IMG/VR virus record: IMGVR_UViG_3300011429_000087
Span: 32,001-96,000 of that record
Origin: a virus
Taxonomy: Duplodnaviria; Caudoviricetes
DNA: 64,000 bases
Reading direction: 5' to 3' (one strand)
This document shows, in pieces, positions 28,164 through 37,075 of the stretch. The translations under genes and the position numbers were made by a program. The notes below the pieces were generated by a model. The model did no database searches. It saw only the letters and a program-made list of their open reading frames with translations, and was not told the origin of the DNA. Position 1 is the first letter of the stretch; the number at the start of each line of letters is the position of its first letter.

Positions 28164-29661
28164 TCTAGCAGCAGAGAAACTTCTAATCTCTGCGTTCATA
28201 AGACATCCAAATACCTTCTTTGCTTTTCAGTCTTATGTTACAGAAGATGATTTCGTTAGCATGGCCCATAAAATTACTTTTCAGGCAATGCGAAAACTGT
28301 ACATTGATAAGGCCGTAGAACGTCTGTCTAAGATGAAGATTATTTCAGAAGCCAAGGATCTTGGCTGTGAAAACTTCATGTCTATGACAAAAGATGGCAA
28401 GCTTCTTGATGAAATCTTTGCCGAGGCACCGTCCGAAGAAGAGGCGGCACTGCACTTTCAGGCCGTTAAGAAAGAAACTATTAAACGTGCCTATCTTGAC
28501 GTTACAGATCAAGTTCGTGGGTATATTAATATAACCACTGATCCAGCAATTAAAATGGTCGATTCTATTGAGCAAAAACTTGTAGATGTTAGCCAACAAC
28601 TCAATAATAATGACGCACAGATTATTAATCTTGGTCAGGATGCCGAATCTGTCATCACTGATCTAGCGAATAATCCAGGACATCTTGGATGGGATCTAGG
28701 ATTTCCAGTTTGGCAACACAAGATTGGGCAAATTCGTAATGGCTCTATTACGTTCGTTGTTGGAACGGCCAAGTCAGGCAAAAGTCAATTCGGAATGCGT
28801 AATGCATTACACGTTGCACATAAACATCGTGCTCCAGTTTTACTAGTCGATACAGAACTTAAAAAGAAGGATCAGATCGTTCGTCTTGTTGGTATGATGG
28901 CAGGCGTTCCTTATGAGATTTTGGAAACTGGCTTCTGGAAATTAGAAGATAGTAAACTAGTTGAGATGGGCCTAAAGCCGGAACTTATCACTGCCGTTGT
29001 TGAATATAGACGTCGCATGAACGACCCCATTTTATGGTCAAAGGCCAAAGCCCTGCCGTTTTCTTATCTTGAGGCGAGCGGAATGGGTGTAGAGGAAGTC
29101 GTACCGAAGATTCGTCGTTGGGTTATGACCCAAGCCAAACCGGATAAGCGATCGAAATTTCCTCAATGTCTTGTCGTTTATGACTATATTAAATTAGCGA
29201 CCTTTGACGAACTTCGCGGAGGCAAGATTCAGGAGTGGCAACTTCACGGCCTAAATATGGCCGCTATGCACGACTTCGTAAATAAGTGGAATATTCCAAT
29301 GATCGCTCTAGGACAGACTAATAATACTATTGGCTACGATATTAAAATGGTGGCCGGTGCAAAACGTATTATTGACAACGTCAGTTCTGTGACATTATTA
29401 CATCGCAAAGACACGGATCAAAAATCAATGGACGGTAATGGAAATTATTTCTTAATGCCGCTTGTTACTCGATATGGTGCCGGTCTAGAAAGAGGACACA
29501 TCAATCTCGCCTTTAATCCAGAAATTGGAGAGTTTAACGAACTAGGATTGAGTGCTATCGACTACAGAGAGGAGCAGAAAAAGAGACTAGAGGAGTGGAA
29601 GAAGGAAAATTATAGTAAGGGTAAGGGAAAGAAGAAGTCAAGTGACGACTACGATGACTAG
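28156..29661 (+). CDS. dnaB: Replicative DNA helicase, DnaB family
   Basis: N-terminal AEKLLISAF domain, GTAKSGKS (Walker A), VDTEL, VVYDYIKL, PMIALGQ. Confidence 0.9.
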   Translation: MANLAAEKLLISAFIRHPNTFFAFQSYVTEDDFVSMAHKITFQAMRKLYIDKAVERLSKMKIISEAKDLGCENFMSMTKDGKLLDEIFAEAPSEEEAALHFQAVKKETIKRAYLDVTDQVRGYINITTDPAIKMVDSIEQKLVDVSQQLNNNDAQIINLGQDAESVITDLANNPGHLGWDLGFPVWQHKIGQIRNGSITFVVGTAKSGKSQFGMRNALHVAHKHRAPVLLVDTELKKKDQIVRLVGMMAGVPYEILETGFWKLEDSKLVEMGLKPELITAVVEYRRRMNDPILWSKAKALPFSYLEASGMGVEEVVPKIRRWVMTQAKPDKRSKFPQCLVVYDYIKLATFDELRGGKIQEWQLHGLNMAAMHDFVNKWNIPMIALGQTNNTIGYDIKMVAGAKRIIDNVSSVTLLHRKDTDQKSMDGNGNYFLMPLVTRYGAGLERGHINLAFNPEIGEFNELGLSAIDYREEQKKRLEEWKKENYSKGKGKKKSSDDYDD

Positions 29662-30673
29662 ACATAATCGTGTGCGTCTTCGCGAGCACGCGAACGCCAA
29701 CATCAATCGTATCTTTGATACATTAAGAGTTACCTATGTTCGGAGAGGTGATCTTGTTCAGGCGTGTTGCCCATGCAAACAACATCCGGGCGACGGAGAT
29801 AATCCGAACGCCTTTTCATGGCGGGATTCTGCCGCCCATTGGGTTTGCTGGACACATCATTGCGAGCAACAATACGGCGGAGACGTATTCGGTCTAATTC
29901 GTAGCGTGGTCAATTGTAGTTTTAATGAGGCGTTAGATTGGATCTTTAAGTTTCTAGTCAGTAATAATGTTGATGTCGAAAAGGATGCTGCCCCCACGAA
30001 GCAATACGGCGGCCCCACACTTAAGATCCATGAGCCACTAAACGAGACGCTGCTGAGATATCTCCAGCCGAGATATGACTTCCTTCTTCAAAGGGGATTT
30101 CAGGAATCTACTCTCCAGAAATTTCAGATCGGTTTATGGAGTCGATTAGGCACATTTATGCACAATCGTCTCGTATTTCCAATTCGAGATACTCAGGGAA
30201 GTTTAGTTGGATTTTCTGGTCGTACAATCTATAATGAAGTTGATTGGGATAAATATCAAATCAAGGCAAAATGGGTTCATGGACGATATTATGATCGTTG
30301 GCCCAAACTTGATGAATTAAAAACTGGTTCGATATTATTTAATCTAGATAAAGCGAAAGATCATATAGGACTACAAAAGACCTTAATATTAGTTGAAGGA
30401 CCGTTAGATGGTCTTCGACTATATGAGGCGGGCTTTTACAATTGGGTAGCATTACTTGGATGTAGTTTCGGCCACGTTCATCGCTCAATACTTGTTTCAT
30501 TGGGTATTAATAATCTTGTTTTAGCATTAGATATAGATAAGGCTGGTACAACTGCTACATCGAAAATAGAAAAGTCTCTCACGGAATTTTTCCATATACA
30601 TAAGCCAGTAATGCAGAATGATCCTGGGAAAAGTTCTATTGAGGAACTAAGAAAGATATTTAATGCTTATTAA
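29654..30673 (+). CDS. dnaG: DNA primase, DnaG-like
   Basis: Zn-binding CPCKQH...CWTHHC..GGDVF, RLVFPI..GSLVGFSGR, TOPRIM motif LVEGPLD...LALDIDKAG. Confidence 0.92.
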   Translation: MTRHNRVRLREHANANINRIFDTLRVTYVRRGDLVQACCPCKQHPGDGDNPNAFSWRDSAAHWVCWTHHCEQQYGGDVFGLIRSVVNCSFNEALDWIFKFLVSNNVDVEKDAAPTKQYGGPTLKIHEPLNETLLRYLQPRYDFLLQRGFQESTLQKFQIGLWSRLGTFMHNRLVFPIRDTQGSLVGFSGRTIYNEVDWDKYQIKAKWVHGRYYDRWPKLDELKTGSILFNLDKAKDHIGLQKTLILVEGPLDGLRLYEAGFYNWVALLGCSFGHVHRSILVSLGINNLVLALDIDKAGTTATSKIEKSLTEFFHIHKPVMQNDPGKSSIEELRKIFNAY

Positions 30674-31607
30674 AAACGCCAGTTCTTCTAGAATCGAAAC
30701 ATTCAATACGTGCTTATTTAAGTATTGGCTCACGTATCACGACAAAGCAAAGTTAAAGTCAAATTGGGGTGCCTCACACGGCAATCTCTTACACGACATT
30801 CTTGAGAAATTTGCCAATAACTCTGATAAAAATTGGATGGATCGGCTATATAAAGGATATGGCGGTGTTTTAATCACAGAAGACAAGTTTGGTGCAAAAG
30901 TTACTCTGGAGTCTCCTCTAATATGGGCTAAACCAGCGGATTATAAGGATGCTAAACCAGAATGTGATACGTGTCCATTCGCTAAGGACGGCACATGCTC
31001 AATCAGTCTGCAAAAGCTAGACGATCTCAAAGGATGCCCAAGGAAACTATTTGAAAAATCTGTGACAATTCTTAAGGATGTATTTAGACGATATAATCCA
31101 TTATACTCTGATGAAAAGATGTTGGTTGGTACAGAATATAAGATCGAATTCAAGATACCAAATACAAAAGTTCCATTAATCTGTATTTTAGACTTAGTGA
31201 TTGATCGTGGCAATGGTATAGTAGAAGTTATTGATTATAAATTCGGCAATTATACTAAAGACTTTGATACACTTGCCGTTGACGTTCAAGCACGTATTTG
31301 TTCTTATGCTGCTCGTAAAGAATTCATCGAAGATATTAACAAAAAAGGACATAATTTCAAATATGTCTTCTTAACCTTCGATTATTTCATGAAGGCTCCA
31401 TCGACTGTTGCTTTTACAGCTACACAGGATGCTGCCACAGAACAATCTCTAATTAATACCGCTATGAAGATTAAGAATACCACAGTTGTTACGAGACTTT
31501 GTGGCGATAAAGATCCTACGAGCCACTGGAAGTGCAAAGCTATGTGCGATCCAGATGTATGTCGAGCTAAATGGAAAGGAATATTTACCGTTAATGAATC
31601 TCCTTGA
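30663..31607 (+). CDS. Cas4/AddB-like PD-(D/E)XK exonuclease
   Basis: SSSRIETFNTC, GNLLHDILE, E...LDLV...VIDYK, C-terminal CxxxCxxxxC. Confidence 0.85.
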   Translation: MLIKNASSSRIETFNTCLFKYWLTYHDKAKLKSNWGASHGNLLHDILEKFANNSDKNWMDRLYKGYGGVLITEDKFGAKVTLESPLIWAKPADYKDAKPECDTCPFAKDGTCSISLQKLDDLKGCPRKLFEKSVTILKDVFRRYNPLYSDEKMLVGTEYKIEFKIPNTKVPLICILDLVIDRGNGIVEVIDYKFGNYTKDFDTLAVDVQARICSYAARKEFIEDINKKGHNFKYVFLTFDYFMKAPSTVAFTATQDAATEQSLINTAMKIKNTTVVTRLCGDKDPTSHWKCKAMCDPDVCRAKWKGIFTVNESP

Positions 31608-32169
31608 ATATGGTATAGATATTAAACATCGCCGAGTCTTTCTATCTGGCGAAATTACAAACGGTAAGACTGATGCAGTTATCCGTGGCTTAATTTTATT
31701 AGCCGATAGAGGGGCGGAAGATATTGATTTTATAGTGCAATCTCCTGGCGGAGAAATGTATGATACCTTTGCTATTTACGATACTATTAAAGGTATTCCC
31801 AATAATGTCAGAACAATTGCAATTGGACACTGCCAATCTTCCGCCCCTTTATTAGTTGCGGCAGGTACGCCTGGGAAGCGTATTAGTCTTCCTAACTGTC
31901 ATTTCATGGTTCATGATATTTGGACCGAAGGTGCTCCAGATGCTAGCGTTGAAGCGGCTACGAAAGAACTAAGACATACGAAGAGACTACGAAGTAGATA
32001 TTTAGAATTAATGACCGCTAATAGCAAGATGTCATTACAAGATTGGCGTAAGATTTGTCGGCGGGCCGGTGATCTATTTTTTGGCCCTGTTGAAGCGTTA
32101 AAATATGGCATTATTGACAGAATAGAAAAAGACAATATCTGGAGCGGGAATAATGGCGAGAAAAAGTAA
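31594..32169 (+). CDS. clpP: ClpP-family protease
   Basis: RRVFLSGEI, QSPGG, IGHCQSSA (Ser), FMVH (His), DLFFGPVEALKYGIID. ATG 31594 preferred. Confidence 0.88.
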   Translation: MNLLEYGIDIKHRRVFLSGEITNGKTDAVIRGLILLADRGAEDIDFIVQSPGGEMYDTFAIYDTIKGIPNNVRTIAIGHCQSSAPLLVAAGTPGKRISLPNCHFMVHDIWTEGAPDASVEAATKELRHTKRLRSRYLELMTANSKMSLQDWRKICRRAGDLFFGPVEALKYGIIDRIEKDNIWSGNNGEKK

Positions 32170-32782
32170 GATATATTCTTGTGAAAAAGGTCATAAGATT
32201 TTATCAGACACAAAGAATGAACGAAGATTCTTAGCTGGTAAGATGGTCTGTGGCGTATGCGGCAACAAGTTTATAGAACATAAGTCTGCCTCATGGAGTG
32301 CAGATAAACACTTTCTGTGCGAGAATGGGCATATTATTACTATCGCCGCGTTTAAGAGCAGAATGTGCAATTTCTCCTGGGGTAACGGCCAGCAAGAATT
32401 TGTTAACGTCGAAATGTCGCCAGAGGCTTTATCAGATAAATTAAAAGCTGGAGAGGTTGCTTGTCCTGCTGGTGACGGTTCATGCAATAAGATTCTAGTT
32501 GCTTTAGAGGATTGTAATTTACAAATCCCACAAATTATGGGTATTAAAACAAAAACCCGTGTAGGCGATATATGGGATCGTAGCGGATGCCCGGAACCTA
32601 AAGCCGGTAGATATGACAAAAACTACAATTTCAAAGAATCTACTTTCACCAAGGTTAATAAAGAAAGAGTGAAAAATCTTCGAACGACACGGAATACTAG
32701 ACCGGCCGGAGAAGTTATCAGTCGCCCAACTAAGCGAAATTATCGTAAGGGCGTCAGTCGCCCCACTAAAGAAGACCTATGA
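32153..32782 (+). CDS. Cys/His-rich hypothetical (Zn-binding) protein
   Basis: CEKGH, CGVC, CENGH and CPAGDGSC motifs, with a basic C-terminus. Confidence 0.65.
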   Translation: MARKSKIYSCEKGHKILSDTKNERRFLAGKMVCGVCGNKFIEHKSASWSADKHFLCENGHIITIAAFKSRMCNFSWGNGQQEFVNVEMSPEALSDKLKAGEVACPAGDGSCNKILVALEDCNLQIPQIMGIKTKTRVGDIWDRSGCPEPKAGRYDKNYNFKESTFTKVNKERVKNLRTTRNTRPAGEVISRPTKRNYRKGVSRPTKEDL

Positions 32783-35700
32783 AATCATTCACTCATTTGC
32801 ACGTTCACTCTAGGGCGTCCTTTTTGGATGCGTCATGCTCTGCCGAAGCTCTAGCAAAACAAGCTAAAACGCTTGGCATGTCTGCGATTGCACTCACGGA
32901 TCATAATAATCTATTTAATGCGATACCTTTTTATAAAGCGTGTCAGAAAAATGGTGTTAGGCCAATTCTAGGGGTAGAAATCAATTTCGTTGAAGATTGT
33001 GCGGAAAGTATTCAGTTAAAGAATAAGACGACTTATCATGTTGTGCTTCTGGCAGAAAATAATACTGGATGGCATAATATCGTTAAGATAGTTAACTTAG
33101 CTAATGATGAAAAACATTACTATTATACTCCACGTATTGATTATGCAACGTTAGAGGCTCATAAAGAAGGCGTTATTCTTCTTACCTCATGTCATGATGG
33201 CATTCTTGCTAGCCATCTAAAGCCCGGCGATGACGGACAGATTAATAATACATTCAAGGCCGATGCCATCGTACGTAAACTACTGACGGTTTACGACCGC
33301 GACCATTTCTATATCGAAGTTCAGGATATGGGCGACCCACTTTATCAGGTAATTAATGCTGCCTTACGAAAAGTGGCAATGAAGTATGGAGTTAAGACGG
33401 TCGCCACAAATGATATACATTATACCTATTCAAAGGATGCAGAAGCCCACAAGGCACTAAGAAGAATGGCCGAATTTCAGCGTTCTAACGCTAGTGGCAG
33501 CACATTTAATACTGATGAATATTTTATCAAGTCCAGAGAAGAAATGGATAAGTTATCCTTCTTAGATAGTGAAAAGGATCTATCTACAGAAATTGCTGAT
33601 CGGTGTAAGGTTGATATTAACTTCTCAGAAAAGCGTTTACCGTCTTATGGATTCTTGCCAGAAGGCAAGACCGCCATGCAGTATCTACGAGATGAAGTAG
33701 ACTCGAATACATCAGATTGGTCAGCGGAATATAAAGCCAGAATCGAAAAAGAATTAACAGATATTGAAGCACTCGGATTCGCCGATTACTTCTTAATTGT
33801 GTCTGACGTTGTTGGTTGGGCAAGACAGCAAAATATCATGGTTGGGCCGGGCCGTGGATCTGCTGGCGGTAGTCTTGTTAGCTATGCTCTTGGCATTACT
33901 AATATCGACCCAATGAAATACGGACTCATTTGGGAACGTTTCTTAAACATAGGTCGCAAAAGTCTACCTGATATTGATACAGACTTCCCACGCTCTAAAC
34001 GTACTCAGGTCATCGACTATATTCGTGCCAGATTCGGCCACGGAAAGGTAACGCAACTTGCGACCTTCAATAAACTGGCCGCCCGAGCCGTTCTAAAAGA
34101 AGTCTTTAAGATTTACGGCATGTCATTCGAAGAAGCCAATGCAATAACTTCGCTTGTACCACTAAAGAACGACGAGCACAGTCAAATCTCGCTTGACGAA
34201 GCGATTGAAATGGTTCCCGAACTTAAAACCTATGAAGAAAAATACAAGGCTTGGTTCGCGGTGGCTAGAGCATTAGAAGGCTGCTACAAATCGCTTGGCA
34301 CGCACGCCGCAGCAGTTGTGATCTCCAACAAGGATTTCTCTGAAGGCGAATATCCCCTTTGTAGGGCTTCAGATAACAAATCACTGATTTTTGCTTGGGA
34401 TATGCAGAGCGTAGACGATCTAGGACTTCTTAAGCTAGACGTTCTTGGTCTGTCTACTCTTGATATCATTCAAGATACGCTAGATATTGTTAATAGGCGT
34501 CACAAACTTAGTCTTACGCTTGACACAATTCCGCTCGATGATGCAAAGACGTTTACTTTGATGGGTGAAGGTAAAACGGTTGGCGTGTTCCAGCTAGAGA
34601 AACAGTTGGGTAAGACTTGGAGCAAGCAACTAAAACCTCAATCGCTCGAAGAGATATCAGATTTAGTTTCACTTATACGTCCGGGACCAATGGAGAGCCG
34701 GATGCATGAAATGTATCGAGACGTAAAGGCCGGCGAACGAATGCCAGACTATGTGCATCACTCCCTGAAGCCAATTTTAGACTCGACCTATGGTGCTCTC
34801 CTATATCAGGAACAGGTTATTGAGATTTGTAAAGTCTTGGCTGGTATGTCTCTAATCGACGCCGATCTTGTACGAAAGGCGATGGGTAAGAAGAAACCAG
34901 AGGAAATGCGAAAGTGGCAGAAGACATTTGTGGATGGTTGCAAGGCCAATCATATCCCGGAAGAGGCCGCAGACCAAATCTGGTCATATATCGACAAATT
35001 CTCTGGATACGGCTTTAATAAATCACACGGCATTGGATATGCTCTCCTGGCATATTATACAGCTTTCTTAAAAGCAAACTATACTATAGAATTTATTTGT
35101 GCCAATCTGAAGAATAGCGAAGGGGCACAGGATACGATGGAAGACATTAATCAATTTGTGCATGATGCAAAACTCTTCCATATTGAAATAATGCCGCCAA
35201 AGATTGAGGTTGGCAATTCTGGCTTTGACATTATCAACGATAAGCAGATTGCATTTGGACTCTCCTCCCTTAAGGGGGCGGGCGAGAAAGGCATAGATTC
35301 AGCCAGGAAGGCCCTCTTGGAGACAGAGAAGAAAACCGACTACAATAGCTTTTTGTTCAAGACTTATGAAGTCGGCGTTAATCGCCGCGTCATGGAAGCT
35401 TTAATTTATGGCGGTGCTTTTGATTCTTTTAAAATGTCACGTAATCAAATGTTTGCACACTTTAATCTTTATGAGTCATTAACAGATAATGAAAGGAAGA
35501 TTATTACTGATCATCCCAAGTATAATTGGATAGAAATTATTAGGGCATTATCTGACGACACCAGATCACAAACCATGAAGGATCAGTGGCAAATAAAAAT
35601 TCCAAATATTCGTCGTCGGGCGACTCTTAAAGAATTGCTCAAGACTTTTGATGGCAGTGATGCATTTGATAATTTCGTTTCCAAGCTTGCCTGGGAAAAG

Positions 35701-36033
35701 GAATTCCTGGGAATTTCACTCAGCGGAGACGAAACTAATTTATTTAATTCTAAGCATAAATGTAGTGATATTATTAACTTCGGTGGTGAAGATATGCCAG
35801 TAGAGGTTATTGTGCGTGTCGAAGGTATTAAGAAACATATGACCAAGAATAAAGAAGAAATGGCATTTTTAACTGTGGCCGATAATACTGGTAAATTAGA
35901 TAACTTTGTTGTGTTTCCTAGAACATGGGATTATGCAAAAAATCTGATAATCGTTGGAAATATTGCCAGAATATATGGTAAGGTTGATAAACGCGGATCA
36001 GTCTTGGTTAATAAAATGGAGCGGATGAGATAA
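32779..36033 (+). CDS. dnaE: DNA polymerase III alpha subunit
   Basis: PHP motifs HLHVHS/TDH/TNDIHY, GPGRGSAGGSLV, PDIDTDF, HAAAVVI, LKLDVLGL, YGFNKSH, C-terminal OB fold. Confidence 0.97.
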   Translation: MKSFTHLHVHSRASFLDASCSAEALAKQAKTLGMSAIALTDHNNLFNAIPFYKACQKNGVRPILGVEINFVEDCAESIQLKNKTTYHVVLLAENNTGWHNIVKIVNLANDEKHYYYTPRIDYATLEAHKEGVILLTSCHDGILASHLKPGDDGQINNTFKADAIVRKLLTVYDRDHFYIEVQDMGDPLYQVINAALRKVAMKYGVKTVATNDIHYTYSKDAEAHKALRRMAEFQRSNASGSTFNTDEYFIKSREEMDKLSFLDSEKDLSTEIADRCKVDINFSEKRLPSYGFLPEGKTAMQYLRDEVDSNTSDWSAEYKARIEKELTDIEALGFADYFLIVSDVVGWARQQNIMVGPGRGSAGGSLVSYALGITNIDPMKYGLIWERFLNIGRKSLPDIDTDFPRSKRTQVIDYIRARFGHGKVTQLATFNKLAARAVLKEVFKIYGMSFEEANAITSLVPLKNDEHSQISLDEAIEMVPELKTYEEKYKAWFAVARALEGCYKSLGTHAAAVVISNKDFSEGEYPLCRASDNKSLIFAWDMQSVDDLGLLKLDVLGLSTLDIIQDTLDIVNRRHKLSLTLDTIPLDDAKTFTLMGEGKTVGVFQLEKQLGKTWSKQLKPQSLEEISDLVSLIRPGPMESRMHEMYRDVKAGERMPDYVHHSLKPILDSTYGALLYQEQVIEICKVLAGMSLIDADLVRKAMGKKKPEEMRKWQKTFVDGCKANHIPEEAADQIWSYIDKFSGYGFNKSHGIGYALLAYYTAFLKANYTIEFICANLKNSEGAQDTMEDINQFVHDAKLFHIEIMPPKIEVGNSGFDIINDKQIAFGLSSLKGAGEKGIDSARKALLETEKKTDYNSFLFKTYEVGVNRRVMEALIYGGAFDSFKMSRNQMFAHFNLYESLTDNERKIITDHPKYNWIEIIRALSDDTRSQTMKDQWQIKIPNIRRRATLKELLKTFDGSDAFDNFVSKLAWEKEFLGISLSGDETNLFNSKHKCSDIINFGGEDMPVEVIVRVEGIKKHMTKNKEEMAFLTVADNTGKLDNFVVFPRTWDYAKNLIIVGNIARIYGKVDKRGSVLVNKMERMR

Positions 36034-36272
36034 TGCAATACGAATATAAAATTATAGAACTAGCATTGCCAGCCGAATTAACGGCGGCTATTACTAATAG
36101 TTTCTTAGGAAATCCTCTTCCAACAGAAGTCCGCAAACAAATTAATATTGTTGTTCAAAATGAATTAAACGAATTAGGTAAAAAGGGTTGGCTACTGCAT
36201 AATAGTGGGTTAGCTACTTTACCAACTTTACTGGTTTATAAAACCAAAGGAGTAAGAAAAAATGTCAGATAA
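36033..36272 (+). CDS. DUF4177-like small protein
   Basis: MQYEYKII...ELNELGKKGWLL pattern. Confidence 0.6.
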   Translation: MQYEYKIIELALPAELTAAITNSFLGNPLPTEVRKQINIVVQNELNELGKKGWLLHNSGLATLPTLLVYKTKGVRKNVR

Positions 36273-36675
36273 GATTGCACAGACACTCACCGGCCGCATC
36301 TTCAAAGAGGTGGTTGTAGGTGAAAAGTCAATTCGAGTTGAGGTTGTATCAAACCTCTACCAGAAGTCAGAAGACCCGAAGAATAACACGCATCCACTCT
36401 TCACAACGGTTGTTTTAACCGGCGGCCTTATGAAGCTCTGGTCCGGCCGTCTAGGCGAGCTAGTGAAGGGTGCAAGAGTCTTTGTTCACGGGGATTGGAA
36501 CTTCTCTCTCTTTACAAAGAAGGACGGCACGGCCGGTTTTTCAGGGTCGATTTTCCCTTCTATTCTTGAGGTAAATCCTCCACGATCAGCGGGTACAGCC
36601 CCTTCGTCTGAAGCGGCTCCTGCGGTGCCAGCTACGGCACCAGCCGTAGGCAAGGAAGATGATCTCCCGTTCTAA
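36262..36675 (+). CDS. ssb: Single-stranded DNA-binding protein
   Basis: OB-fold-like (LVKGARVFVHG..FTKKDG), Ala/Pro linker, acidic C-terminus EDDLPF. Confidence 0.8.
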   Translation: MSDKIAQTLTGRIFKEVVVGEKSIRVEVVSNLYQKSEDPKNNTHPLFTTVVLTGGLMKLWSGRLGELVKGARVFVHGDWNFSLFTKKDGTAGFSGSIFPSILEVNPPRSAGTAPSSEAAPAVPATAPAVGKEDDLPF

Positions 36676-37075
36676 TATTGTTCGGCCAATCGCTTATAAT
36701 ATATGCCGCTTTAATCACTGTTCCGGTCTATTTGATGATTTATGTCAGATAGGTGAATTAATAGCAGATCGACTAGCCCATAGATCGAGTTCTTATATTG
36801 CCAAAGCAGTACGTCGTGCCATGTTAAAAGCAGTCCCTAAGAGACAACCGGAGTCTCTTCGGGACTGCGATTTTCCTATGACTAGGGATATTGAATTGAG
36901 GCCAGAGTTTTATATTGAGGAGTTATCGGCCTCCAAACAAGAACAGCAAATGTTTACAGACCATTATATTAATAATATTTCAGTAAATCAAATAGCAAAA
37001 AACAACAAAATATCTGTGACTGCTGTTTATCGTATTCTATTAAGACTGAGGAAGGATTTTGCTAATGTCATATAA
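36659..37075 (+). CDS. Minimal sigma70-family (region 2 + region 4) factor
   Basis: IVRPIA...DDLCQIG...SYIAKAVRRAML (region 2-like) and SVNQIAKNNKISVTAVYRIL (region 4 HTH). Confidence 0.6.
   Translation: MISRSNIVRPIAYNICRFNHCSGLFDDLCQIGELIADRLAHRSSSYIAKAVRRAMLKAVPKRQPESLRDCDFPMTRDIELRPEFYIEELSASKQEQQMFTDHYINNISVNQIAKNNKISVTAVYRILLRLRKDFANVI

Noticed and set aside
26627-36033. Inteins or introns in recA, dnaB, dnaG or dnaE
   Set aside because: Lengths are normal, motifs are contiguous and no splicing motifs were seen.
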